Shown piece after piece: positions 24,369-34,419 of a stretch of 57,020 bases of DNA. The position numbers and the translations under genes were made by a program. The first letter of the stretch is position 1. The number at the start of each line of letters is the position of its first letter. Origin of the DNA: Candidatus Microgenomatus sp. (GTDB lineage Bacteria > Patescibacteriota > Microgenomatia > UBA1400 > PJMF01); NCBI GenBank assembly GCA_020724725.1, contig DYGL01000002.1, forward strand, positions 1 to 57,020. Reading direction: 5' to 3'. Under the pieces are notes generated by a model. It made no database searches, was not told the origin of the DNA, and saw only the letters and a list, made by a program, of their open reading frames with translations.

Positions 24369-27300
24369 TGAGAAAAAAGTGGATCAAACTGCCCCGCCAG
24401 CTGCTCGCTCAAGCCAAAAAAATTGACTTAGTGGCGTGGCGTCCATATTTGTTAGGCTTAGTTGCCGTGACCTTGTTGGCCATTTTGATTGCTTGGATTC
24501 GCCAACTACCTCCCAAAGCTCCCAAATTTAAGGCTCTAGATAATGAGACTTATCAATTTCAAGCCAAAAACAAGCTTTTTAGTAGCAAACTAGGCATTAG
24601 AGAAGAAAAACCGATTGTCTCTTTTAATCTACCAAGTGGCGAAAATCTAGTTTTTTCCTATGCCGAAGCGACTGAAAACCCCAGCTTACAAAATCAGGGT
24701 GATAAAAGCTTGGTTTTCTCTCAAGTCGAAGCTGGAGTCGATTTGCGCTACGAAACACTAGCCAATGGCCTCAAGGAAGAAATCATTCTTCACCAGCCTC
24801 GCCAAAAAGATGAAGATGCTCATGTCTTTACTTTCGACAGCACTTTTCAGGGAGCTTACCCAAAGGAAATAATCGAGGGTTTCTCTGGCAGAGCTTTTTA
24901 TAATCAACAAGGTGAATATCTTTTTCACTTCGAAAAACCATTTGCTATTGATGCATCAGGCAATCGCACTGAGTCCGTAGTCTTACAAATTGAGGAAAAA
25001 AGTAGCTCAAAAATCCCAGACTTGAAGAAAAATGCACAAAATGAACTTGCCTACACTATTCGCCTAACTGTTGATGAAGCTTGGCTTAGCGATCCCGCTC
25101 GCGTCTACCCAATCATCATTGATCCAACCATCGTTCATGATGAAAGTAGTGAATTTGCAACTGGTAGTTTTGGTCGCAGCAAAGACACTGGCTCTGGCTC
25201 TTCACCAAGAATTGAAAGCTATTATCAGGAACTAACTGCCGATCCTCACACCATCGGACTTTGGCATTTCAATGAAACTAGCGGCACTCAGGCTCTAGAT
25301 AAATCAGGTAACAACAATCACGGTATTGCTAGTGGTACTACCATTGTTGATGGTTTGATAAACAAAGCTAGAAGTTTTAATGGTAGCAGTGACTATGTTG
25401 AAGTTGGCGACCTAGATATTATTGATAACACCAAAACCCTTAGCACTTGTGCCTGGGTTTATCACGACAGTGACAGCGCTGACCAAGAAATTATTGCCAA
25501 AGCTGGCACCGGCAATGATGGCTTTCTATTTTTTAGAGACGAAGTTGCTTTCATTAGTGCCAGAACTGATGTTTACACCGCCTTTGTTAGTGATTCTGCT
25601 GACGCAGACAGTACGAGAGTTGAAAGTGTCACTAACGCTGGCTTAGCTAATAGCTGGAATCACCTTTGCATGACTTTTGAAGCTGGCAAAGAACAGGGTC
25701 TAAGACTTTATATCAATGGTCAAGAAGATCCCAATAGTCCAGTGAGCACCACTACTATAGGGGCCATCGATGCTGGCAGTTATCCATTGCGCATTGGAGC
25801 TCATTCGGGAGGCGGATCAATTTTTCATGGAGAAATCGATGAGGTTATAATTTCCAATCGAGTTTTCACCGCCGAAGAAATTAAATCCATGGCCACTCGC
25901 AGTCCTTACTCTACCTACACCTCTCCGGTCATAGATCTGACCGGTGTTAATGCTTGGAACTCTTTTGCTTGGACAGAACTAGGCATCAACACTGGCAATG
26001 GCGAAACACTCAAAGACAACACCAGCTTAGTCGCTCAATGGAATCTCAATGAAACCAGTGGTACCACCGCTACCAACAACGCTGGCTCTTGCGGAGCAAG
26101 TTGCAATGGAACTTTGACTGGTTTTGACAGCACAGCTTCTCAAGATGCTGATCCAGATTCTAGCTGGACTGCCAATAATCGTCGCTGGGGTGCTGGCGCA
26201 CTAACTTTTGATGGAGTTGACACTTATGTCACTATTCCAGATCATAACTCTCTTTCTTTTGGGAGTGGCGGCACCGACTCTCCTTTTAGTATTAGCATGT
26301 GGATCAATCCACGCTCAATAGCCACAACCACTGGAGATTGGCTGATCAATAAAAGAAACGCCGATGCTTCTGATGAGTACCAGATGGTTTTAACTACTGA
26401 TGGCGGCATTTCATTTATTGTTATGTCTGGAAATGCTAATTACATCGGAAGACGTGCCTATAATTTGATTAATCCTGGCGGTTGGTATCACATCGTTGCG
26501 ACCTATGATGGCTCCAAAACAAATGCCGGAATAAAAATCTACATCAATGGCAAAAGAGCTGATTCACTGGATAACAACGTCGGTACCTACACTGGCATGT
26601 CCAATGGACCTCACCCGATTACCCTCGGCAAGCCCGGCTGGACCAGTTCGCTTTATTTTGACGGCACCATGGACGCTGTCTCAATATTTGGCCGCGAGCT
26701 CACTGCCGCCGAAATCCTCTCCAACTACCAAACAGGCAACATTGAACTGCAAACTAGAGTTGGTAGTAGCGCCAATGCTGATGATGGTACTTGGGATGCT
26801 TGGGTGCCTCTGACTAGTGAAGCTCTGCTCAAAAGCTTTGACTTAGACAGAAGTGATAACTGGCTCTACCGTCGCCAAATTCCTATCACTCACACAGGCA
26901 GTGCAGTTACCCAGTATCAAGTCTTGGTTGAGAATTTAGACACAGCAACCTTGATTAGCGCTGGCAAAATGCAAAGTGACTGCGATGATATGAGATTCAC
27001 CAACACTAGTGGCGAGCTACTTAATTACTCAATTATTGGCAACACCTGCAACACCAGCAACACTCAAGTTTGGGTACAAACTGATTCCATTCCTAGCAGT
27101 GGTGGCAACACCATCTATTTATTCTATGGCAATCCTAGCGCTCAAAAGTACTCTGACGAAAACAAGACTTTCAGTTATGCAAGCGAAAAACCTGTTGCCT
27201 ATATTCTGGACAACAGCGTTGATCAGCTAGAATTAATTTCCCTTGCCAATAACAATACCATCACTCACAACTCTGTCACTAGGTCGCTCAATAAATATGC

Positions 27301-30300
27301 TACCAGCAATTTCACTTCCATCAGTCAATTCGGAGTAATTTCTGCTAAAAAACCATTTAATGCCGATGATGCTTCTGATGATACTGATGGCATTGTGCCA
27401 ATTTCAGCTGCTGGCACTGAATTTCTTTTTACAGCTCGCAGCACTGCCACTTATACCTTCTATGCTGTTGCTCCTTGGGGCAATGCTACGGTTGATATCT
27501 ATAATGCTGGAGGCAATTGTACTGGTAATAATGTCACTAGTGCCGGTGCCACTATAAACTGCGCTACTATTGCTGCAGGCGCAGTCAGAATTACTAGTAC
27601 CGTGCCTGTGCTGATTTTTGCTGAAACCACTACCACTGATCCAATGATTCTAAGGCCGGCCTCAATGCAAAAATGGATTGGCACTGGAAATAGAATTACT
27701 TCTGGTGCAAGTGGTGCCGATTACCGTTATTACAGCTCAACTATAGCAACGGAAAACGATCCTGCTGATCTCGGTGCTAACAGCAATGCTACTTTAGCTG
27801 AAAATTCCTACGGTCATGGACCGGCATTTCTGGTTAGAAGCACAAACAACCCAATCGGCTTTAATCAATATGGCGATGGAGATGGAAGCGACGGCATTAT
27901 GCATATGACTTTGCCAGAAATGAGCTCCACTTACGGCTCAGCTGTAGGCAATACCGACTACATTTCTATTGCCTCTGACCAAGCAGCCAACTGTACTCTC
28001 TACAATGCTTCAACTAAAGCAGCGGTCAGTGCCGGTACAGCCACTTCAGCTAACAGTGCAGTTTATTTCTTGGGTTTTGGCACCGGCTCATCAAGCTCAG
28101 TTGTCGCCGCACCATGGTTTATGGAATGCTCTGCTCCAGTGGCGGCCTACTATCAAAAAGGGGCTGACTCAGAATCGGGTCTTTTTGGACCAAGCATGAT
28201 GCGCCAATTCACTTACCCTACCCCAAGCTTGGGAGCGATTGGTAGTGAAGAAAGCATTAGCTCTTATAGTGGCAATTGGATCGAAGTTGCAGCAGAAAAT
28301 CAAAAAAATCTTCAATTCACTAGCGACACTCAAATCAAGATGGAAGGCAGCGCCAGTCAAAAAATAGAACTAGGCTCAACCGCCGTTGATGAACACACCG
28401 TCGGTCTCTGGCATTTTGAAGAGACTGGTGGTAGTGGGGCTTACCTAAAAGACGCTACTGGAAACGCTAATCATGGCACTCCAACTGGAACTAGTCTGGC
28501 AAAAGGAAAAATTGGTAAAAGCAGAAGTTTTAACGGAAGCAGTGATTATGTGGTAGTACCGGCCGGATCAGGGTCAAGCTTAGACATAGATAATAATCCC
28601 GTTACAATTGAGGCATGGGTTAAACCCAACACGCTTAGTGGTGAACAACATATTGTTAGCAGAGGTCAAAGAGGAACAGCTGGTTGGGGCATAGCCATCA
28701 ACTATTCAGCTGGCTTAGCCAATGTTGGACTGCACGGAGGCAGTAATTTTAATGGAACAAGCACCTTAGTTGCTGACAACTGGTATCACATAGCTGGAGT
28801 CATTAATGGCGACAATTCAGCTCTTTATGTAAACGGCAAACTAGAAGCAACAGGGACTGTAAATGTGGTTGCTTCAGACTTAGATTTGCACATCGGCTCA
28901 TCTTGGGATGGATCTACAGAAGCATATTTTTTCGACGGCGAAATCGATGAAGTCCGCATTTCCAACATTGCTCGCTCTGCTGAAGAAATTGCCGAAAGTT
29001 ATCGTTTAGGTAGAGATCAATATTTAAATCAAACAATCTCCTCCACCAACCTTTCGGCACAAAAAACTCTTCCCTTCTATATAGCCGCCGACAAGCCGGG
29101 CTCATATCTACAAGCTACACTTGGTGAGTCAGCTTTTGCCACAGGATTACCAGATAGTAACACTGTTGGCTATTGGAAGATGGATGATGAAAATAGCTCT
29201 AGTGCCACTGGCGGAACTATCACTTATGCCAGTGGCTACACTATTCACACTTTCACTAGTTCTGGATCTTTTGTTACCAACACTCCTGTCAATGCTGAAG
29301 TTTTGGTAGTTGGAGGTGGAGGTGGTGGTGCCAACACTGGCTCTGGAGGAGGTGCAGGCGGCTATGTCTACAAACAAAGTTTTCATGTTCCAAAAGGTGG
29401 TTATCCTATCACAATTGGTGCAGGTGGTGCGGGTGGAGCTTCAACTGGAGCAGCGGGAGCCAAAGGCGGAGATTCAGTTTTTTCCTCCATAACCGCTGAG
29501 GGTGGTGGAGGTGGTGTTACTCACGGAGGCACCGCTGGTGGCAATGGTGGCTCTGGAGGTGGTGGTCCAATTAGAACTGCTGCTCCAACCGCAACCGGAG
29601 GTACTGCTTCTCAGGGCAACGTGGGTGGTGCTGGTTTTGTGCAAGCCAGTTGGACTGGTAATAGCGGCGGTGGTGGTGGTGCGGGTGGTGCAGGAGTTGC
29701 TGGCGGAAATACTGCTGGCACAGGTAATGGTGGTGTTGGTTTGGCTAATTCAATTAGTGGCGCTAGTGTCTACTATGCCGGCGGTGGAGGTGGTGGTGAG
29801 GTTAATGGTAGTTATGTTGGTGCAGGAGGAAATGGAGGTGGTGGCAGTGCAGTTTTAAATGCGGCTGGTGGTAACGGCACCGCTAATACTGGAGGTGGAG
29901 GTGCAGGAGGAAGTTATACCGGCACCTATTTTAATGGTGGCAATGGTGGTTCTGGCATTGTCATAGTCAGATATCCGACTAATACTGCTAGTTATGTAAA
30001 AGATAGTTCTGGCAATAATTTGGATGCCGCTGATAATGGATCGATTTCTAGTACTGGAAAAATAGGCAAAGGCAAATACCTCAATGGCACAAACAATACC
30101 ATTAGTGTTAAAAACAATTCTAAAATCAACATCAATGGTTCTGGCAGTGCTGCCACCATTGAAATGTGGGTTAAGCCAAACACTTTGGTGCCGAGTTGGC
30201 AAAGCATTGTATATAAAAATAGTGGTGGAAATGATGGAAGCGAAACCACTTATAGCGACCGTCAATATGCGATGTGGCTTAATAGCACAGGCTATATACA

Positions 30301-32629
30301 CTTCAATTCAACGTCAGTTAATAATATTGGCGTAGGTCAAACTACATTGAATAGTCCTGCTGGCTTGATAACTGTGGGTAAGTGGCACCACATAGTTGGA
30401 GTCATAGATAGCCCAAATAGCGTAATGAAAATTTACCTTAATGGTCAAGAAGTGGCCAGTGGCGCTTATAGTAACACTGGTATTAGATCAGGCAATGGAG
30501 ATTTGTTTTTTGGTTCTGCTCAAGCAGCTTCAAGCTTCTTCCAAGGCACCATCGACGAAGTCCGCATCTCCAACATCGCCCGTTCAGCTGATGACATTCG
30601 CCAAGCTTATGAATATGGTATGGGCTTGCGTTCTCAACCAATCAGCATCGATTTTGCAGCCAAGCTAGACAGCGCCAATCTGATTGTTGATAGCAATGAT
30701 CTTAGTTTCACCGTTGATGCTACTTATCATGGCCTGAATCAAAAAGGCAGTCAGCTCTTTACCGGTGACAAAATTATTATCAAAGAAAACTACAACGGTA
30801 CAGAATATTTAGCTCAAGGCACCGTTGCTAGTGTAAGTCAAAGCACTGGCGCTACTACAGTCAACGCTTGGGATGCTGGCGCTACTTTCCCACCCAGTGG
30901 TTTCGGTGAAAATGCTAGTGTTTTCAAATGGCAAAGAGTCTACTGGCCCATTGATAATCGCGTTTTAGACTCTCACCTAGACGCAGTCACCAAATTAAAT
31001 CTGCGCGTCACCGATGGTGCTCAGGGAAGAACCATCTGGCTTGATGAACTCAAAAGCGCAGGAGACTACATGAGCAACCCCGCTGGCACCAGCTTGACCA
31101 GCGATACTGGCAACCGCTACTTCCAATACCGCGCCATCATTAACTCTAGTGACGAATCAGTTTCACCATCTCTCAGTAGCACCACTCTCGACTACGTAGC
31201 CAATTCTATCCCCAACACCCCCACTCTCAATAGTCCAGCTGACACTGCCACCAATCAGGGTCCTACCCCTACCCTCCAAACCACAGGAACCGATGATGAT
31301 AGTGATTATCTGCGTTACAAGATTGAACTTTGTACCAATTTAGCTATGACTACTTCATGTCAAACTTTTGACCAAACAAGTAATCAGACTGGTTGGAGTG
31401 GACAAAATACACAGACAAATACTGCTTACACTAGTGGGACTCAAGCTACTTACACTCTGCAAAGTGATTTGTTACCAAATACAACATATTATTGGAGAAG
31501 TTATGCGATGGATCCAGGAGCAACCGGCATTTGGTCTAGCACCCAAGTTAACCCGCGCAGTTTCACTACTTCAGCTGCTCCCAGTTCTCCTTCTGATCTG
31601 CAAACCGAAGGCGCCACCAATCCAACTTCAGTTGGCGATCTCACCCCTGAGTTCTCTGCTATTCACAATGACAGTAATGCTGATGCAGCCACCAGCTACG
31701 AAATTGAGGTCAACACCTCCAGCGATTTTTCTGGCACCGTGATGTGGGACTCTGGTAAACAAAGCATGACTAGCACTGCCAATGGCGCTCGCTCGCCTCA
31801 AATTAGCTATGCTGGCACAGGACTTGCTTTTGATGGTTCGACTTATTATTGGAGAATCAAGTTCTGGGATAGTTTTAACTTTGAAGGTGATTGGTCGGCC
31901 ATCAACAATTTCACTATGAACACTCCTCCGGATGTTCCTGTCTTAGATTCTCCTGCCAATGCTAGTACCGGCGTCACCTTCAAACCCACCCTCCAAACCA
32001 CAGGAACCGATGATGATAGTGATTATCTGCGTTACAAGATTGAACTTTGTACCAATTTAGCTATGACTACTTCATGTCAAACTTTTGACCAAACAAGTAA
32101 TCAGACTGGTTGGAGTGGACAAAATACACAGACAAATACTGCTTACACTAGTGGGACTCAAGCTACTTACACTCTGCAAAGTGATTTGTTACCAAATACA
32201 ACATATTATTGGAGAAGTTATGCGATGGATCCAGCTGGCAGTAATACTTGGTCGGCCACACAAGGCACTCCTAGAAGCTTTACTACCCTCGCTGCCCCTC
32301 TACCTGCCAGCGCTTGCTATCTGCAAAAAAGCATCACCAACGATCAGATTTTAATTAGCTGGACCGACAACGCTAGCAATGAGGATTATTATGAAGTCCA
32401 ACGCAGTGTCAATGGCGGAGCTTGGACCACTCTGCAAAATGGTCTCTCCCCAAACACCACTAGTCTACTGGATACTGGAGTTAGTCCAGACAATACCTAT
32501 CAGTATCGCGTTGCTCCTTATTTCAATGGACCAATGTACGCTTCTTGGTGCGTAGCTAGTCAACTCAACCTTGGAGTGGGTTTATTTAGTCTAGAAGGCA
32601 TCAATGCTAGTGGTCTGCACTTCAACTAA
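24368..32629 (+). CDS. giant membrane-anchored lectin-rich surface protein (2,753 aa): four LamG domains, DUF2341, glycine-rich domain, FN3-like repeats
   Basis: The ATG overlaps the giant-1 stop (TAATG at 24366-24370), and the product has an N-terminal TM helix LLGLVAVTLLAILIAWI. Domains by position:
- LamG_3-type signatures (LWHFNETSG...GxIDEVxISN) at ~25260-25880, 26033-26720, 28408-28990 and 29995-30600.
- 26861-27150: DUF2341 pattern WLYRRQIPIT...DMRFT...VWVQ...LFYGNPSA.
- 29240-29970: glycine-rich domain.
- ~31200-32560: FN3-like repeats. Confidence 0.9.
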   Translation: MRKKWIKLPRQLLAQAKKIDLVAWRPYLLGLVAVTLLAILIAWIRQLPPKAPKFKALDNETYQFQAKNKLFSSKLGIREEKPIVSFNLPSGENLVFSYAEATENPSLQNQGDKSLVFSQVEAGVDLRYETLANGLKEEIILHQPRQKDEDAHVFTFDSTFQGAYPKEIIEGFSGRAFYNQQGEYLFHFEKPFAIDASGNRTESVVLQIEEKSSSKIPDLKKNAQNELAYTIRLTVDEAWLSDPARVYPIIIDPTIVHDESSEFATGSFGRSKDTGSGSSPRIESYYQELTADPHTIGLWHFNETSGTQALDKSGNNNHGIASGTTIVDGLINKARSFNGSSDYVEVGDLDIIDNTKTLSTCAWVYHDSDSADQEIIAKAGTGNDGFLFFRDEVAFISARTDVYTAFVSDSADADSTRVESVTNAGLANSWNHLCMTFEAGKEQGLRLYINGQEDPNSPVSTTTIGAIDAGSYPLRIGAHSGGGSIFHGEIDEVIISNRVFTAEEIKSMATRSPYSTYTSPVIDLTGVNAWNSFAWTELGINTGNGETLKDNTSLVAQWNLNETSGTTATNNAGSCGASCNGTLTGFDSTASQDADPDSSWTANNRRWGAGALTFDGVDTYVTIPDHNSLSFGSGGTDSPFSISMWINPRSIATTTGDWLINKRNADASDEYQMVLTTDGGISFIVMSGNANYIGRRAYNLINPGGWYHIVATYDGSKTNAGIKIYINGKRADSLDNNVGTYTGMSNGPHPITLGKPGWTSSLYFDGTMDAVSIFGRELTAAEILSNYQTGNIELQTRVGSSANADDGTWDAWVPLTSEALLKSFDLDRSDNWLYRRQIPITHTGSAVTQYQVLVENLDTATLISAGKMQSDCDDMRFTNTSGELLNYSIIGNTCNTSNTQVWVQTDSIPSSGGNTIYLFYGNPSAQKYSDENKTFSYASEKPVAYILDNSVDQLELISLANNNTITHNSVTRSLNKYATSNFTSISQFGVISAKKPFNADDASDDTDGIVPISAAGTEFLFTARSTATYTFYAVAPWGNATVDIYNAGGNCTGNNVTSAGATINCATIAAGAVRITSTVPVLIFAETTTTDPMILRPASMQKWIGTGNRITSGASGADYRYYSSTIATENDPADLGANSNATLAENSYGHGPAFLVRSTNNPIGFNQYGDGDGSDGIMHMTLPEMSSTYGSAVGNTDYISIASDQAANCTLYNASTKAAVSAGTATSANSAVYFLGFGTGSSSSVVAAPWFMECSAPVAAYYQKGADSESGLFGPSMMRQFTYPTPSLGAIGSEESISSYSGNWIEVAAENQKNLQFTSDTQIKMEGSASQKIELGSTAVDEHTVGLWHFEETGGSGAYLKDATGNANHGTPTGTSLAKGKIGKSRSFNGSSDYVVVPAGSGSSLDIDNNPVTIEAWVKPNTLSGEQHIVSRGQRGTAGWGIAINYSAGLANVGLHGGSNFNGTSTLVADNWYHIAGVINGDNSALYVNGKLEATGTVNVVASDLDLHIGSSWDGSTEAYFFDGEIDEVRISNIARSAEEIAESYRLGRDQYLNQTISSTNLSAQKTLPFYIAADKPGSYLQATLGESAFATGLPDSNTVGYWKMDDENSSSATGGTITYASGYTIHTFTSSGSFVTNTPVNAEVLVVGGGGGGANTGSGGGAGGYVYKQSFHVPKGGYPITIGAGGAGGASTGAAGAKGGDSVFSSITAEGGGGGVTHGGTAGGNGGSGGGGPIRTAAPTATGGTASQGNVGGAGFVQASWTGNSGGGGGAGGAGVAGGNTAGTGNGGVGLANSISGASVYYAGGGGGGEVNGSYVGAGGNGGGGSAVLNAAGGNGTANTGGGGAGGSYTGTYFNGGNGGSGIVIVRYPTNTASYVKDSSGNNLDAADNGSISSTGKIGKGKYLNGTNNTISVKNNSKININGSGSAATIEMWVKPNTLVPSWQSIVYKNSGGNDGSETTYSDRQYAMWLNSTGYIHFNSTSVNNIGVGQTTLNSPAGLITVGKWHHIVGVIDSPNSVMKIYLNGQEVASGAYSNTGIRSGNGDLFFGSAQAASSFFQGTIDEVRISNIARSADDIRQAYEYGMGLRSQPISIDFAAKLDSANLIVDSNDLSFTVDATYHGLNQKGSQLFTGDKIIIKENYNGTEYLAQGTVASVSQSTGATTVNAWDAGATFPPSGFGENASVFKWQRVYWPIDNRVLDSHLDAVTKLNLRVTDGAQGRTIWLDELKSAGDYMSNPAGTSLTSDTGNRYFQYRAIINSSDESVSPSLSSTTLDYVANSIPNTPTLNSPADTATNQGPTPTLQTTGTDDDSDYLRYKIELCTNLAMTTSCQTFDQTSNQTGWSGQNTQTNTAYTSGTQATYTLQSDLLPNTTYYWRSYAMDPGATGIWSSTQVNPRSFTTSAAPSSPSDLQTEGATNPTSVGDLTPEFSAIHNDSNADAATSYEIEVNTSSDFSGTVMWDSGKQSMTSTANGARSPQISYAGTGLAFDGSTYYWRIKFWDSFNFEGDWSAINNFTMNTPPDVPVLDSPANASTGVTFKPTLQTTGTDDDSDYLRYKIELCTNLAMTTSCQTFDQTSNQTGWSGQNTQTNTAYTSGTQATYTLQSDLLPNTTYYWRSYAMDPAGSNTWSATQGTPRSFTTLAAPLPASACYLQKSITNDQILISWTDNASNEDYYEVQRSVNGGAWTTLQNGLSPNTTSLLDTGVSPDNTYQYRVAPYFNGPMYASWCVASQLNLGVGLFSLEGINASGLHFN
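31271..32234 (+). repeat. 247-bp perfect direct repeat within FN3-like region of giant gene 2
   Basis: 31271-31517 equals 31988-32234 (offset 717, in frame). Both copies encode TLQTTGTDDDSDYLRYKIELCTNLAMTTSCQTFDQTSNQTGWSGQ...NTTYYWRSYAMDP. Alternate-frame track ORFs at 31368 and 32085 start identically. Confidence 0.9.
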
Positions 32630-32645
32630 TGGTCTCTTTTGAAAT

Positions 32646-33113
32646 TTAATCTGCGCAAATGTAATAGGTAGATGCCACAGGAGTGGTCACCTGACAAGTG
32701 TTGACGCTTTCTGTGATGTCAGCATCAGAGGCATTTTCCAGCTGAGTAGCAAGCAGGAAATCGTCACCAAAGTCAAGTTGAGCATATTCAAACTGAGTGA
32801 CATCAATCATTTTCTTCATGTAAACATCGTTGCCAACAGCAAAACTACCGTCATCGTTGGGACAATTCAAAGTTCCATCTGTTCCACAACCAACAATGTT
32901 GCCATTATCATCATCAGCTGGATAGGCTTGAAAGTCGTTGTAATACATGCGCAAGGCCACTTTGAGCTGGCGCAAGTCGTTTTTTTTGGCGCTATCACGA
33001 GCACGAGCACGCACGCCGATTAAGTTGGGAAGTAAAACCGCCACCAATACTCCTAGGACAGAAATCACCACCAACAATTCGATTAGAGTAAAAGCGTTTT
33101 TCTTTTTAGCCAT
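32646..33113 (-). CDS. type IV pilin / GspG-like pseudopilin (prepilin N-terminal methylation motif)
   Basis: Leader MAKKKNA followed by FTLIELLVVISVLGVLVAV, then the GspG-like pattern DSAKKNDLRQLKVALRMYYNDFQAYP. Confidence 0.8.
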   Translation of the reverse strand: MAKKKNAFTLIELLVVISVLGVLVAVLLPNLIGVRARARDSAKKNDLRQLKVALRMYYNDFQAYPADDDNGNIVGCGTDGTLNCPNDDGSFAVGNDVYMKKMIDVTQFEYAQLDFGDDFLLATQLENASDADITESVNTCQVTTPVASTYYICAD

Positions 33114-33120
33114 AATTTTC

Positions 33121-33669
33121 TTAATAACTATCTACTATATCTGGTGTGCTGGTCAAATTACTACTCATTACCACATAGTTACAGGTGTTGACCGATAAAA
33201 CAGTATCGATGATTCGGCAATAAGTACCCATGTAGTAGGCTGGCTCCTCATCTAAGTTGCGGGCAATATCCTCATCTTCAGTATTTTCTAAATAGGCAAA
33301 AATACGGTAAGTTGTCCCCTGGGAATCAGAAAGATAAAAATACTGAGATCCACCAGGATCTTGGGGAATTTTACTCATATAAAGTGTAGAGTTTTCAGTA
33401 TTTTGCCAGACATCTCCCCAATTACACTCTTCTGCAGCGTTCTCTCCACAACCCAAAATTTTGCCTGCCGATCCATAAGGATAATGACCATAGTCATTGT
33501 AGTAAAGTTCTAGAGTTTTACTGATGCTTTGCAAATCTTGCTTACGCTTGTTATCTCTGGATTTTTGCTGCACACTGCCAAAAGTCCTCAAGCCCAAACC
33601 TACTAGCAGGGCCATAATCGCCATCACCACCAAAAGTTCAAGTAAAGTAAAGCCGCGTTGTTTTTTCAT
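33121..33669 (-). CDS. type IV pilin / GspG-like pseudopilin
   Basis: Leader MKKQRG followed by FTLLELLVVMAIMALLVGL, then NKRKQDLQSISKTLELYYNDYGHYP. Confidence 0.8.
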   Translation of the reverse strand: MKKQRGFTLLELLVVMAIMALLVGLGLRTFGSVQQKSRDNKRKQDLQSISKTLELYYNDYGHYPYGSAGKILGCGENAAEECNWGDVWQNTENSTLYMSKIPQDPGGSQYFYLSDSQGTTYRIFAYLENTEDEDIARNLDEEPAYYMGTYCRIIDTVLSVNTCNYVVMSSNLTSTPDIVDSY

Positions 33670-33681
33670 AAATAAATAATT

Positions 33682-34392
33682 TTACTGAGGAGCACATGGC
33701 GTCTCACTGTAACACTGACCTACGGAAGTGTAGGGGCCCATATCACAGTTGTTGCCTTGTACCCAGACGTTACAGTCTTGATCGGTTGTGTAAGCAGAAT
33801 TAGCACAGCAGAAGCACAAATGAGTGTCGCAATATTCAGGCACAGCAGTTGGGATGGGCGTGGCAGTGTTGGTTGGTAATGGCGTATTGGTGGGAAAAAC
33901 CGCCCCCTCCAAAACCAAAGGCACGCCTTCAGCAATGCCATAAACATAATTAAGAGTGTTAGGAAACTCAGGGTTGTCTTCTGGTATGCCACAACCCCAC
34001 TGGCAACCAAACTTCTCAATGATTGGATCAGATTTATCATCTAAAATACTCAGCACTCTATACCCCAAGCTATTGTCACCACTACCAGGGAAAGGCATGT
34101 AGAGGTAGGGCTTACCAGTAACTGGGTCGCAAGGCACTTCCTTGAGGTATGGTTGTAGTGATGGACCGTTGCAATCTGCCAAGTATTCTTCAGGAGGATA
34201 AGCACCACGATCATTATAATAATCTTCGAAAGCCAATTTAATGTCGCGCAGATCACTCTTGCGTTGGGCATCATGGGCTCGATTGGTGTCTGTGGTAAAA
34301 ACTCTAAATAAAGCAATTAAAGCCACCATCAAAATCGCCACTACGATCAAGATTTCTATTAGGGTAATGCCTTTTTGCTGCTTCACTTTCAT
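33682..34392 (-). CDS. type IV pilin-like protein with Pro/Thr linker and C-terminal Cys-rich domain
   Basis: Leader MKVKQQKG followed by ITLIEILIVVAILMVALIAL, then QRKSDLRDIKLAFEDYYNDRGAYP. The track ORF extends to 34449. I prefer the internal ATG at 34392 because it gives a canonical short leader; the ATG at 34416 is an alternative. Confidence 0.75.
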   Translation of the reverse strand: MKVKQQKGITLIEILIVVAILMVALIALFRVFTTDTNRAHDAQRKSDLRDIKLAFEDYYNDRGAYPPEEYLADCNGPSLQPYLKEVPCDPVTGKPYLYMPFPGSGDNSLGYRVLSILDDKSDPIIEKFGCQWGCGIPEDNPEFPNTLNYVYGIAEGVPLVLEGAVFPTNTPLPTNTATPIPTAVPEYCDTHLCFCCANSAYTTDQDCNVWVQGNNCDMGPYTSVGQCYSETPCAPQ

Positions 34393-34419
34393 CTTGTTAT
34401 CATTTAATCTTAACATAGG

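Noticed and set aside
33720-34316. The 106-aa and 88-aa minus-strand ORFs nested in the third pilin gene.
   Set aside because: They are alternate frames of a gene with clear pilin motifs and have no features of their own.
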